64,000 bases of DNA from Eledone cirrhosa (taxonomy: Eukaryota), in assembly GCA_964016885.1 (NCBI GenBank), contig OZ024743.1, positions 56,792,001 to 56,856,000 of the forward strand, written 5' to 3'. Shown piece by piece: positions 24,117 through 39,171 of this stretch. Below the pieces are notes generated by a model that saw nothing but the letters and a program-made list of their open reading frames with translations, was not told where the DNA came from and ran no database searches. The translations under genes were made by a program, and so were the position numbers. Positions within the stretch are counted from its first letter, which is position 1, and every line of letters starts with the position of its first letter.

Positions 24117-25243
24117 TAGAAGAGATTAAAATTGATTACAATATTACATTTTAATTAAATTTCCCCTTTCTACAAAAGGCAAAGACTGATACAACTTGCC
24201 ACAGGTGTTATCACAACTCATTTTTCTCAGCTGAGAAAACTAAATCAACATGACAAAGTGCATTGTTCAGGGATTCGTGTCTCCCAGTCTGGGAATTGAA
24301 CTCATGACCTTACGATGATGAGCTCAACACCTTAACCACTAAGCCATATGCCTTAATAATTTTGGCAAAAAGAGTTTAAATAATCATTGTTCTAATCTAA
24401 ACTATTGTCCTATTTTTTAACCCTTTCATTTCTATATTTCTAATGAAAGACTATCTACTTCAATTAATTTTGAAAATATAATTTTGGAGGAATTTAGTTA
24501 TATTACTAACTTCCCCATTATTAAACTGATGTTTGGAACAGCACTTAATGGTTCTTAAGTTATAATCTCGATGGATAGTTTTAATATAAATGCATGCATG
24601 GTTGTCACGTAACTCCCGAGGAAGTTGTAGAGGCGCCATTTTGACATAGTGTTTCTAGGGCATTTTTAAACCTGGCAGACCCCATCTCTTCTTCAGGTCT
24701 GAATATAGCAGATTTCTTCCAGAGAAGGATAGAGTAAGAGAATGGAAGTGAGAAGGAGATATAGAGGAAGTATTGACCCTAGTACTTGACTGGTACTTTT
24801 TTTATTGACCTCAAAATGATGAAAGATAGAAAGGTAAAGTTGACTTCAGTGGGTTTTGAACTCAGAGAGCAGAGAGTTGAAATAAATACAGCAAAGCATT
24901 CAATCCAACGTTCTAAAGACTCTACAATTCGCCACCTTTTAATACAAATATATGAATACTTTAAAACAGACAGTTTTGTATCATAAAACTAGGAACGATT
25001 TTAGGAAGATTAGTATCAAAAAGGGTTAAAGATACATAATTTTCTCTTTTGAAATATTGTGGTGTCACAATAAAAAGCACTCAATCCACACTGTAGGGGA
25101 GTAGTGCTGGCATGATGATAAAAAGCATGCAGTTCACCTTGTAAAACAGTGAGGCTGGAGTCACAATAACATGCTGCCAGGACTGTACGAGCATTACCAG
25201 CCTGACCAACCTGGCCTCAATATGTGACAGCACATCTAACCTA

Positions 25244-25531
<288 letters not shown>

Positions 25532-26629
25532 TTACTTTTTTTTAAATTTCCAACTCACACCTATGCAGGTTTAGCTTGCCTCCTCTGAGCTTGCATCTCA
25601 TAGGAGGCTTCTCAGATGTTTTCACGATAAAATGAATCATCTTGCTGAAGAACACGACAGGCTGCCCAGTCTAGGAATCAAACATATGACCTTTTGATCG
25701 AGCAACCAACACCCTAACCATTAGGCTCCATGCCTTCATAATGACATAAAGAGAAGAGAAAAGTAGAGCAATTTCACATCACATATTTTGTTAAAAACAC
25801 TTCAATAACAAAAGAAGCTTGTAAATAACAAGGTTTATATGGAAGTAGAATGTAATTCCACAATAATTGAGACAGTTAATATTAACAGAAAGAGCAGCAC
25901 AATCTCTCACTGAAAGCAATTTGTGCCAAACAGGAAATAGCACAAACAAGTCATTGTATTATTATCAACATATGTTCCAATACAGAAACCATTATTATGA
26001 TCATATGTTGGTCATTTGTTAATTGGTTTTATATCAACTTTAGTTAACCATTTCATTACCATGTTTGAGATAAAAGACACAGCCAATGATTTTCAAATAA
26101 TTTTGAAATTAATGAAAAAATTGGAGGGAGTCAGTAAAATAACTAACTTTCTTATCAAGAATTTGGTGGAATTTACTAATATAGAGGAGGCTGTAAGTCA
26201 CGCACCAAACGATTAAAAATAATTTAGTATCATCATCATTTTCATCATTTCATTTTACGTCCGCTTTTCCCTGCTTGCAGGGGTAGGACAGGAACTGTCA
26301 ATGTTACATAGTGTATTATGTATGTATAGTCTCATAACATACAGTGTTTCTTGGGCATTTTAAAGCCTGACAGAGCACATCTCCTCTCCAGGTCTGAATA
26401 CAGCAGATTTCTTCCAGAAAAGGATAGAAAGTAAGAGAGAGGAAGTGAGAAAGAGATATAGAGGAAGAATCAACCCCGGTACTAGACTGATACTTTTTTT
26501 ATCGACCTTGAAAGGATGAAAGGTTAAGTTGACATCGGCAGGATTTGAACTCTGAGAGCAGTGAGCTGCAACAAATATGGAAAAACATTCTATCTGATTT
26601 TCTAACAACTCTGCCAATTCACTGCCTAC

Positions 26630-29600
26630 ATTATGTCAATGTAAAATACCATATTATTCCAATATTGCATACTGTATTGTGTCAATGTTACATACTGTAT
26701 TGTGTCAATGTTACATATATTATTGTGTCAATGTTACATATAGTGTTGTGTCAATGTTACATATAGTATTGTATCAACGTTATATATTCTGGTGTCAACG
26801 TGACAGACTGTATTGTGTCAATGTTACATATAGTGTTGTGTCAATGTTACATATAGTATTGTATCAACGTTATATATTGTAGTGTGTCAACGTGACATAC
26901 TGTATTGTGTCAATGTTACATATAGTGTTGTGTCAATGTTACATATAGTATTGTATCAACGTTATATATTGTAGTGTGTCAACGTGACATACTGTAGCAT
27001 CAATGTTACATATAGTGTTGTGTCAACGTTACATATTGTATTGAGTTAATGTTACATATTGTAGTGTGTCAACATTACATACTGTATTGTGTCAATGTTA
27101 CATACTGTATTGTCTCAATGTTACATATTGTAGTGTGTCAACATTACATACTGTATTGTGTCAATGTTACATACTGTATTGTCTCAATGTTACATATTGT
27201 AGTGTGTCAACATTACATACTGTATTGTGTCAATGTTACATACTGTATTGTCTCAATGTTACATATTGTAGTGTGTCAACATTACATACTGTATTGTGTC
27301 AATGTTACATACTGTATTGTTTCAATGTTACATATTGTAGTGTGTCAACATTACATACTGTATTGTGTCAACGTTACATATTGTATTAGGTTAATGTTAC
27401 ATATTGTAGTGTGTCAACATTACATACTGTATTGTGTCAATGTTACATATTGTAGTGTGTCAACATTACATACTGTATTGTGCCAATGTTACATATTGTA
27501 GTGTGTCAACATTACATACTGTATTGTGTCAATGTTACATATTGTAGTGTGTCAACATTACATACTGTATTGTTTCAATGTTACATATTGTAGTGTGTCA
27601 ACATTACATACTGTATTGTGTCAACGTTACATATTGTATTAGGTTAATGTTACATATTGTAGTGTGTCAACATTACATACTGTATTGTGTCAATGTTACA
27701 TATTGTAGTGTGTCAACATTACATACTGTATTGTGCCAATGTTACATATTGTAGTGTGTCAACATTACATACTGTATTGTGTCAATGTTACATATAGTGT
27801 TCTGTCAACATTACATATTGTATTAGGTTAATGTTACATATTGTAGTGTGTCAACATTACATACTGTATTGTGTCAATGTTACATACTGTATTGTCTCAA
27901 TGTTACATATTGTAGTGTGTCAACATTACATACTGTATTGTGTCAATGTTACATACTGTATTGTTTCAATGTTACATATTGTAGTGTGTCAACATTACAT
28001 ACTGTATTGTGTCAATGTTACATATTGTAGTGTGTCAACATTACATACTGTATTGTGCCAATGTTACATATTGTATTAGGTTAATGTTACATATTGTAGT
28101 GTGTCAACATTACATACTGTATTGTGTCAATGTTACATATTGTAGTGTGTCAACATTACATACTGTATTGTGCCAATGTTACATATTGTAGTGTGTCAAC
28201 ATTACATACTGTATTGTGTCAATGTTACATATTGTAGTGTGTCAACATTACATACTGTATTGTTTCAATGTTACATATTGTAGTGTGTCAACATTACATA
28301 CTGTAGTGTGTCAACGTTACATATTGTATTAGGTTAATGTTACATATTGTAGTGTGTCAACATTACATACTGTATTGTGTCAATGTTACATATTGTAGTG
28401 TGTCAACATTACATACTGTATTGTGCCAATGTTACATATTGTAGTGTGTCAACATTACATACTGTATTGTGTCAATGTTACATATAGTGTTCTGTCAACG
28501 TTACATATTGTATTAGGTTAATGTTACATATTGTAGTGTGTCAACGTTACATATGGTGTTGTGTCAACGTTACATATTGTATTGTGTCAACGTTACATAT
28601 AGTGTTCTGTCAATGTTACATATTGTAGTGTGTCAACGTTACATATGGTGTTGTGTCAACGTTACATATTGTATTGTGTCAACGTTACATATAGTGTTCT
28701 GTCAACGTTACATATTGTATTGAGTTAATGTTACATATTGTAGTGTGTCAACATTACATACTGTATTGTGTCAATGTTACATATAGTGTTGTGTCAATGT
28801 TACATATTGTAGTGTGTCAATGTTACATATACTGTTGTGTCAATGTTACATATTGTAGTGTGTCAACATTACATACTGTATTGTATCAATGTTACATACT
28901 GTATTGTGTCAATGTTACATATTGTAGTGTGTCAACATTACATACTGTATTGTGTCAATGTTACATATGGTATTGTGTCAATGTTACATATTGTATTGAG
29001 TTAATGTTACATACTGTAGTGTGTCAATGTTACATATAGTGTTGTGTCAACGTGACATATTGTATTGAGTTAATGTTACATATTGTAGTGTCAACGTTAC
29101 ATACTGTATTGTGTCAATGTTACATATAGTGTTGTGTCAATGTTACATATTGTATTGAGTTAATGTTACATACTGTATTGTGTCAATGTTACATATAGTG
29201 TTGTGTCAATGTTACATATTGTAGTGTGTCAATGTTACATATAGTGTTGTGTCAATGTTACATATTGTAGTGTGTCAACGTGACATGCTGTATTGTGTCA
29301 ATGTTACATATAGTGTTGTGTCAATGTTACATATTGTAGTGTGTCAATGTTACATATAGTGTTGTCTCAATGTTACATATTGTAGTGTGTCAACGTGACA
29401 TAATGTATTGTGTCAATGTTACATATAGTATTGTATCAACGTTATATATTGTAGTGTGTCAACGTGACATACTGTATTGTGTCAACGTGACATACTGTAT
29501 TGTGTCAATGTTACATATAGTATTGTATCAACGTTATATATTGTAGTGTGTCAACGTGACATACTGTAGCGTCAATGTTACATATAGTGTTGTGTCAATG

Positions 29601-32600
29601 TTACATATAGTATTGTATCAACGTTATATATTGTAGTGTGTCAACGTGACATACTGTATTGTGTCAATGTTACATATAGTGTTGTGTCAATGTTACATAT
29701 AGTATTGTATCAACGTTATATATTGTAGTGTGTCAACGTGACATACTGTAGCATCAATGTTACATATAGTGTTGTGTCAACGTTACATATTGTATTGAGT
29801 TAATGTTACATATTGTAGTGTGTCAACATTACATACTGTATTGTGTTAATGTTACATATTGTAGTGTGTCAACATTACATACTGTATTGTCTCAATGTTA
29901 CATATTGTAGTGTGTCAACATTACATACTGTATTGTGTCAACGTTACATATAGTGTTCTGTCAACGTTACATATTGTATTGAGTTAATGTTACATATTGT
30001 AGTGTGTCAACGTTACATATGGTGTTGTGTCAACGTTACATATTGTATTGTGTCAATGTTACATATTGTAGTGTGTCAACATTACATACTGTATTGTATC
30101 AACGTTACATATGCTGTTGTGTCAATGTTACATACTGTATTGAGTTAATGTTACATATTGTATTGTCAACATTACATACTGTATTGTCTCAATGTTACAT
30201 ATAGTGTTGTGTCAATGTTACATATTGTAGTGTGTCAATGTTACATATACTGTTGTGTCAATGTTACATATTGTAGTGTGTCAACATTACATACTGTATT
30301 GTATCAATGTTACATACTGTATTGTGTCAATGTTACATATTGTAGTGTGTCAACATTACATACTGTATTGCGTCAACGTTACATATGGTATTGTGTCAAC
30401 GTTACTTATTGTATTGAGTTAATGTTACATACTGTATTGTGTCACTGTTACATATAGTGTAGTGTCAACGTGACATATTGTATTGAGTTAATGTTAGATA
30501 TTGTAGTGTGTCAACGTTACATACTGTATTGTGTCAATGTTACATATTGTATTGTGTCAATGTTACATATTGTAGTGTGTCAACATTACATACTGTATTG
30601 TGTCAATGTTACATATAGTGTTGTGTCAATGTTACATATTGTATTGAGTTAATGTTACATACTGTATTGTGTGAATGTTACATATAATGTTGTGTCAATG
30701 TTACATATAGTGTTGTGTCAATGTTACATATTGTAGTGTGTCAACATTACATACTGTATTGTGTGAATGTTACATATAGTGTTGTGTCATTGTTACATAT
30801 TGTAATGTGTCAACATTACATACTGTATTGTGTCAATGTTACATATAGTTTTGTGTCAATGTTACATATTGTAGTGTCAACATTACATACTGTATTGTGT
30901 CAATGTTACATATAGTGTTGTGTCAATGTTACATATTGTAGTGTGTCAACATTACATACTGTAGTGTGTCAACATTACATACTGTATTGTGTCAATGTTA
31001 CATATAGTGTTGTGTCAATGTTACATATTGTAATGTGTCAACATTACATACTGTATTGTGTCAATGTTACATATAGTGTTGTGTCAACGTTACATATATT
31101 GTTGTGTCAACGTTACATATTGTATTGAGTTAATGTTACATATTGTAGTGTGTCAACGTGACATACTGTATTGTGTCAATGTTACATATAGTATTGTATC
31201 AACGTTATATATTGTAGTGTGTCAACGTGACATACTGTAGCGTCAATGTTACATATAGTGTTGTGTCAATGTTACATATAGTATTGTATCAACGTTATAT
31301 ATTGTAGTGTGTCAACGTGACATACTGTATTGTGTCAATGTTACATATAGTGTTGTGTCAATGTTACATATAGTATTGTATCAACGTTATATATTGTAGT
31401 GTGTCAACGTGACATACTGTAGCATCAATGTTACATATAGTGTTGTGTCAACGTTACATATTGTATTGAGTTAATGTTACATATTGTAGTGTGTCAACAT
31501 TACATACTGTATTGTGTTAATGTTACATATTGTAGTGTGTCAACATTACATACTGTATTGTCTCAATGTTACATATTGTAGTGTGTCAACATTACATACT
31601 GTATTGTGTCAACGTTACATATAGTGTTCTGTCAACGTTACATATTGTATTGAGTTAATGTTACATATTGTAGTGTGTCAACGTTACATATGGTGTTGTG
31701 TCAACGTTACATATTGTATTGTGTCAATGTTACATATTGTAGTGTGTCAACATTACATACTGTATTGTATCAACGTTACATATGCTGTTGTGTCAATGTT
31801 ACATACTGTATTGAGTTAATGTTACATATTGTATTGTCAACATTACATACTGTATTGTCTCAATGTTACATATAGTGTTGTGTCAATGTTACATATTGTA
31901 GTGTGTCAATGTTACATATACTGTTGTGTCAATGTTACATATTGTAGTGTGTCAACATTACATACTGTATTGTATCAATGTTACATACTGTATTGTGTCA
32001 ATGTTACATATTGTAGTGTGTCAACATTACATACTGTATTGCGTCAACGTTACATATGGTATTGTGTCAACGTTACTTATTGTATTGAGTTAATGTTACA
32101 TACTGTATTGTGTCACTGTTACATATAGTGTAGTGTCAACGTGACATATTGTATTGAGTTAATGTTAGATATTGTAGTGTGTCAACGTTACATACTGTAT
32201 TGTGTCAATGTTACATATTGTATTGTGTCAATGTTACATATTGTAGTGTGTCAACATTACATACTGTATTGTGTCAATGTTACATATAGTGTTGTGTCAA
32301 TGTTACATATTGTATTGAGTTAATGTTACATACTGTATTGTGTGAATGTTACATATAATGTTGTGTCAATGTTACATATAGTGTTGTGTCAATGTTACAT
32401 ATTGTAGTGTGTCAACATTACATACTGTATTGTGTGAATGTTACATATAGTGTTGTGTCATTGTTACATATTGTAATGTGTCAACATTACATACTGTATT
32501 GTGTCAATGTTACATATAGTTTTGTGTCAATGTTACATATTGTAGTGTCAACATTACATACTGTATTGTGTCAATGTTACATATAGTGTTGTGTCAATGT

Positions 32601-34810
32601 TACATATTGTAGTGTGTCAACATTACATACTGTAGTGTGTCAACATTACATACTGTATTGTGTCAATGTTACATATAGTGTTGTGTCAATGTTACATATT
32701 GTAATGTGTCAACATTACATACTGTATTGTGTCAATGTTACATATAGTGTTGTGTCAACGTTACATATATTGTTGTGTCAACGTTACATATTGTATTGAG
32801 TTAATGTTACATATTGTAGTGTGTCAACGTTACATACTGTATTGTGTCAATGTTACATATTGTAGTGTGTCAACGTTACATACTGTATTGTGTCAATGTT
32901 ACATATTGTAGTGTGTCAACATTACATACTGTATTGTGTCAATGTTACATATAGTGTTGTGTCAACGTGACATATTGTATTGAGTTAATGTTACATATTG
33001 TAGTGTGTCAACGTTACATACTGTATTGTGTCAACGTTACATATGCTGTTGTGTCAATGTTACATACTGTATTGAGTTAATGTTACATATTGTAGTGTGT
33101 CAACATTACATACTGTATTGTGTCAATGTTACATATAGTGTTGCGTCAATGTTACATATTGTATTGTGTCAATGTTACATATTGTAGTGTGTCAACATTA
33201 CATACTGTATTGTGTCAATGTTACATATAGTGTTGTGTCAATGTTACACATTGTATTGAGTTAATGTTACAAATTGTAGTGTGTCAACATTACATACTGT
33301 ATTGTGTCAACGTTACATATGCTGTTGTGTCAATGTTACATACTGTATTGAGTTAATGTTACATATTGTAGTGTGTCAACATTACATACTGTATTGTGTC
33401 AATGTTACATATAGTGTTATGTCAATGTTACATATTGTAGTGTGTCAATGTTACATATAGTGTTGTGTCAATGTTACATATTGTAGTGTGTCAACATTAC
33501 ATACTGTATTGTGTCAATGTTACATATAGTGTTGTGTCAAAGTTACATATAGTGTTGTGTCAAAGTTACATATTGTATTGTGTCGATATTACATATAGTG
33601 TTGTGTCAATGTTACACATTGTAGTGTGTCAACATTACATACTGTATTGTGTCAATGTTACATATAGTGTTCTGTCAATGTTACATATAGTGTTGTGTCA
33701 ACGTTACATATTGTATTTAGTTAATGTTACATATTGTATTGTGTCAATGTTACATATAGTGTTGTGTCAATGTTACATATTGTAGTGTGTCAACATTACA
33801 TACTGTATTGTGTCAATGTTACATACTGTATTGTGTCAATGTTACATATAGTGTTGTGTCAACGTGACATATTGTATTGAGTTAATGTTACATATTGTAG
33901 TGTGTCAACGTTACATATTGTATTGTGTCAATGTTACATATAGTGTTGTGTCAATGTTACATATTGTATTGTGTCAATGTTACATATAGTGTTCTGTCAA
34001 TGTTACATATTGTATTATGTTAATGTTACATATTGTAGTGTGTCAACATTACATATTGTATTGTGTCAATGTTACATGTTGTATTGAGTTAATGTTACAT
34101 ATTGTAGTGTGTCAACGTGACATTGGATTGTGTCAACATGACATATTGGATTGTGTCAACGTGACATATTGTAATGTGTCAACGTTACATCTTGTATTGT
34201 GTCAATGTTATATATTATATTGTGTCAACGTGACCTATTGTATTGTGTCAATGTTACATATTGTATTGTGTCAATGTTACATATAGTGTTGTGTCAACGT
34301 TACATATTGTATTGAGTTAATGTTACATATTGTAGTGTGTCAACATTACATACTGTATTGTGTCAATGTTACATATTGTAGTGTGTCAACGTGACATTGT
34401 ATTGTGTCAATGTTACATATTGTATTGTGTCAACGTGACATATTGTATTGTGTCAACGTGACATATTGTCTTGTGTCAACATTACATATTGTATTGTGTC
34501 AATGTCCAAATGTTACATACTGTATTGTGTCAATGTCACATACTGTATTATGTCAACGTTACATATTGTATTATACCAATGTCACGATATTACATATTGT
34601 ATTGTGTCAATGGCACAATGTCACATACTGTATTGTGTCAATGTCACACTATTATTTCAACGTTACATATTGTATTCTGCCAATGTCACGATATTACATA
34701 TTGTATTGTCACAATGTCACATATTGTATTATGTCAACATTACATATTCTCTGATGTCAATATTATTGTATTATCTTAATGTTATGTACTGTATTATGTG
34801 TTACATATTG
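26630..34810. repeat. 8.2-kb satellite, 23-bp unit (tgtcaatgttacatattgtagtg and variants), roughly 350 units
   Basis: Continuous tandem periodicity with degenerate edges; explains all ORFs called in this interval. Confidence 0.98.
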
Positions 34811-34934
34811 TACACAGATTGTATAGAGTACATTCAATACAATCGAAACAATACAAAAACCATATTACATATGGTCAACACACAGAGACCTGTGCTTTAG
34901 GAATATAGTGACAACATGTAATAAAAAAAAATTA

Positions 34935-35420
34935 TTTATTAACCACAAAGGTTTTATATCAAGAAAAACACAGGATGAAAACAGAGTGTAAGTGTGTGCA
35001 TGTAAGTGTGTAAGTGTCTATGTGGGTTTTGCGTGTAATCAAATTTTAACAATGTTAAAAAAAGAAAGATAATAAAAATTAAAACAATAGAGAGGAGATG
35101 TTTGAGGGTCGCTCGTGGAGAAACCCCATAAAACCACGGGTGCCCTGATCTCTAGGGTAAATACCCTGTCACAGTTCTCCTCCAAACTACAGGCTCGCAC
35201 TCAGAATGAGCCCATTCACTTTGCCCATGCTCGCCACTTTGAAAAGGGCCCAAGAGCTAAGAAGGCCCCACAGCAACCATACAACATCCATTTTTAGAAA
35301 AATATTTGCCTGCTTCGGGCCCCAAAGGGGTCTTGTACTGCCATGCAAAATTTCTCTTAGAAGCCCTGGCTTTGAAGCAGCACTCCTCCTCCACCCTGAT
35401 TTCCATTTCAAGTGAAACCC
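34935..35420 (-). mobile_element. Possible Tx1/L1-type LINE 3' remnant
   Basis: GC-richer block; degenerate FHLKWK.RVEEEC; pyrimidine-rich 3' UTR ending in AATAAA. Confidence 0.4.
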
Positions 35421-35475
35421 AAAGAAATTAATAATAATATAATTATGTTAAAATGGTGTAAATGAAAGTACTTAC

Positions 35476-35480
35476 GACAT
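35476..35480 (-). CDS. ICA1: ICA69 start codon (ATG TC, 5 coding nt)
   Basis: Kozak-like CCACCATG, consensus donor gtaagt; phase 2 matches the next exon (TC+G = Ser), giving MSSTSYYG... Confidence 0.8.
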
Positions 35481-35521
35481 GGTGGGATCTTTAGAATATT
35501 ATTTTGAATTAAAAAAAAGTC
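35481..35521 (-). other. ICA1: 5' UTR part of the ICA69 start-codon exon
   Basis: ttttcag| acceptor at 35523-35522; exon reads ...GATCCCACC ATG TC|gtaagt. Confidence 0.75.
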
Positions 35522-35782
35522 CTGAAAATAAATTAATAAAAGAAAATATTTATGTGTTATAAAGATATCAAACTAGATTTATTGTTAAATAAAGAGAACA
35601 GTCAGTTATATTGAAATGTGTCATACGTGCAGGAAGAGATGGATGTTAACCTTTATGATACCATGTTTCTCATGAAAAACACTGCTTGTGATTTTCAAAT
35701 TACCTTGAACATAATCAAGAATTTGGAAGGATTTAGTAATATAACTTTCTCATTATTAAGCTGGTGTTTGGAACATAACATA

Positions 35783-36708
35783 CTGTATATACTCGAATAT
35801 AAGCTACCACTCTCCATTTTATGTCTGAGAAATGGGCAGAGGCAGTTAATCAATACATTAAGTTGATGTGGTTTTGAAATTCTCATGAATATAGAATACA
35901 TATATGAAGCTTTAATATTTTGACGTTTAAAATGTTTTAACCCTTTAGCTGTATCCGGCCAGAATTCTCTCACCTCTTTTGGTTCAAACTGGCCATAACT
36001 GGCCACACAAACTGATGTGAAGGTATTGTTCTCAAAATAATATCAAAATCTCATAGATTCGATATTATGCGAGTTAAAGCCTTTACTGGGCAAATACAAT
36101 AGTAAATATAGAATAATGTAAATGCTAAAGGTTAAGTGTTGTTTAGAGAATAGTTTTTGTTTCGCAACTCTATTACATGTTTTTTTCCATTTCATCCATT
36201 TTATAGTTTCAACAAGTTTCTCTTATTTTTTATTACTTCTAGCCACTGACATGTTGGGAGTAGTTGAAAGCAAGAGATTGAATAAGAGGACTTTGTATAG
36301 GGATTCATAGAGTAGAAAAGTGAGGGAGAGACAGCAAGTGGGAAAGGGGGGAGGCAGAGTGAGAGCAATATAACACAAGTCAGAAATAAGATCGAAATAA
36401 GAAGTATGATGTGAGAGAAAAACAGTCGGTGTGCATGTGTGTATATGTATGGGATATTTATGCATTAAAAAATTCAATTACAAAAATTTGTTGGAAATAT
36501 TTTCAAAGGAATGCACAAATAACACTAATGATGATGTATTAAATGTAGAAAAACAGTGTTTCATTGTAAAATAATCACTAGATATTTTACCTAGAATTTG
36601 AAGTTGGTGAAAATCGTCTAAATATTGACTCCAAATATAAGCAACCCCTCATTTGACCATCAACTTTTTAAATCACATATTCCTCAGCTTATATTAGAGT
36701 AAATATGG
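35783..36708. mobile_element. pogo/Tigger-like non-autonomous DNA transposon
   Basis: TA-CTGTATATACTCGAATATAAGCT...AGCTTATATTAGAGTAAATATGG-TA; splits a MITE-B that resumes at 36711. Confidence 0.82.
35937..36135 (+). mobile_element. piggyBac-like MITE family A
   Basis: TTAA-CCCTTTAGC...GCTAAAGG-TTAA; same internal sequence. Confidence 0.85.
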
Positions 36709-37659
36709 TAAATGTTCTTACATAAAATTATAATTGAAGGTTTTTAGATAAATATAAACAAAAACTATACTCTAAATGACACTTAAAACCCTCCAGTCAT
36801 GTCAAGGGCATGACACCCTCCCTAGTGTTGGTGATTTACACAATAAATGCACCCAGCACACACTGTAAAGTGGTTGGTGATAGGAAGAGCATTGCCAAAC
36901 AAAGGGTCGGGAGGACCCTCAGTTGTGTCAAAGGCATAACACCTCTCCTGAGCACTTGATAGAACATAAGTACACAGGTCCCTGGTCTGCTTCAGTACTG
37001 AATTGGTCTACATGGACACATCCAACCCTTGCTAGCAGGGAAAGCAGACATTAAAACAACAATGATAATGATTATAATCACTTTAAAATAAGCAGCTTTG
37101 TAGCATAGAGCAAGGGAGAGTTTAGTATACAAAAGATTAAGTTTCTATATATCGTCATCATTGTTTTACATCCATTATTCATGCTGGTATGGGTTGGCCA
37201 GATTGTCACAGTTCAATTCAGTTCTTAGTAGGAGTTATATTGGATATAATGCTCTGTGGTATTTGTTACAGCTCTTTGTAACCCTAAGATCAAATCCAGC
37301 TTTGTTTTTCATCCTTTTAAAGTCAATAAGTAAAGCACCAGCCCAGTACTGGGGTAGATTCTTGCTCTTTCTTACAATAAAAAAGACTTTAAAAAAAAAA
37401 AAACTACTGAGGTTGATATGATCAACTAAATCATTCAAGGCAGTGACCCAGCATGGCCGCAGTCTAATGACTGAAACCAGTAAAAGAACAAAAAAGTATT
37501 TTTTTATAAAGTGGTTTCCTGTAATCTGCTTCAGCATTTTTTCCTGTTAAGTATCTGCATCAACCAGAAATTTTCTTTCATGACACAAATTCCATCACCA
37601 ATCCCTTCAGTCAAGGATAATAGTGGGACACTGGATTAGACTAAACTTAACTACTTACA

Positions 37660-37865
37660 GTTTTGGTGTGAGAGGCTGTTGAGTGTGAGTAACTATTTAT
37701 AGCTTGAGTGTGAGTGGCTGTCTACTGCTTGAGTGTGAGTGATTGTTTAGAGCTTGAATAGTTGTTTACAGTTTTTGTGTGAATGGTTGTTTACAATTTC
37801 AGTGTGTGAATGTTTACAGCTTGAGTGTTGGTAGTTGTTTATGGCTTGTATGTTAAGTTGCTGTT
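37660..37865. repeat. About 25-bp minisatellite
   Basis: Repeats of tttacagcttgagtgtgagtggttg. Confidence 0.85.
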
Positions 37866-37866
37866 T

Positions 37867-39171
37867 ACCGGAAGCCCATGGGAACTCCTGTAACCGGAAG
37901 CCCATGGGAACTCCTGTATGCTGATGACCTCGCACTCATAGCTGAATCTATGGTAGAACTAGAGAATAAATTCCAAACCTGGAAGCAGGGACTAGAGAGA
38001 AAGGGCCTCAAAGTCAACATGACAAAGACTAAGGTCCTTATAAGTAGACGAGAAAACAGAACCCAGATCCCCTCAGGGAAATGGCCTTGCTCAGTATGTA
38101 GGAAAGGTGTAGGTAGGAACTCCATTCTCTGCCCCAAATGCAAACAATGGGTACACAAGAGATGTAGCGGGATCTCAGGAAGCTTAATTAAGAATGTAGG
38201 ATTCACATGCAGCAGCTGTGCTGAAACAGCAAGCAAACAGCCACAGGAAACAAGTACCACCAATCTCTGGGAGGGCCCTGTAGAAACAGTAGACAGCTTC
38301 TGCTACCTAGGTGACCGAATTAGCAACGGAGGTGGGTGCTCAGAAAGTACAATAACTAGGGTAAGAACGGGATGGAAGAAGTTTAGGGAACTACTACCAC
38401 TGCTAGCTGCAAAAGGCTTCTCCCTCAGAATGAAAGGCAGACTGTATGATGCGTGTATCCGAACAGCGATGTTGCATGGTAGTGAGACCTGGGCGCTGAA
38501 GGTGGAAGACTTACGTAGATTAGAGAGAAACGAAGCCTGCATGCTCCGATGGATGTGTAACAGTAATATACGTGAACGACAAAGCATAAAGGAATTGAGA
38601 GAGAGACTGAGCATAAGAGGAATCAAATGCTGCGTGCAGGAGAGGCGGTTACGCTGGTATGGACATGTGATGTGTATGAAGGATGACAGCTGCATAAAAA
38701 GGTGCAGAGCACTAGAAGTTGATGGAAACCGCGGAGTGGGGAGACCCAAGATGACTTGGGATGAGGTGATAAAAGCCGACCTTACCCAACTACACCTCTC
38801 AAAGTCAATGACACACGACCGTGACTTCTGGCGTCACGCAGTAATACAGGGTACCCGACCTCCCATGGGTACATGCTGAAGCATATAAACAATATGCCCC
38901 CCCCCACCGCAAGGTGGTCGTGGAGGTGCCACGGCAAAAAAGCACCCAGCCCACACTGTAAAGTGGACGTGTAGGCGCCACGAAAAAGCACCCAGCACTC
39001 ACTGTAAATGAGGTTGGTGTTAGGAAGGGCATCCAGCTGTAGAAATCAAGCCAAATCAGTTCCTGTATGAGCAAGGCATGGTCAGCCGACCAGACACTGC
39101 CCACAACAGGACAACCCGTCTAACCCATGCTAGCGTGGAAGAACGGACGTAAAACGGTGATGATGATGATG
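37867..39171 (+). mobile_element. 5'-truncated RTE LINE with open ORF to 38879
   Basis: PWELLYADDL, Cys/His finger, FCYLG, WYGHV; 3' UTR and (GAT)n tail. Confidence 0.96.

Noticed and set aside
26630-34810. CRISPR-like array, or Cys/Tyr-rich protein ORFs
   Set aside because: Units are contiguous with no unique spacers, there are no cas genes, and the context is a eukaryotic intron; the ORFs are translations of the 23-bp period.
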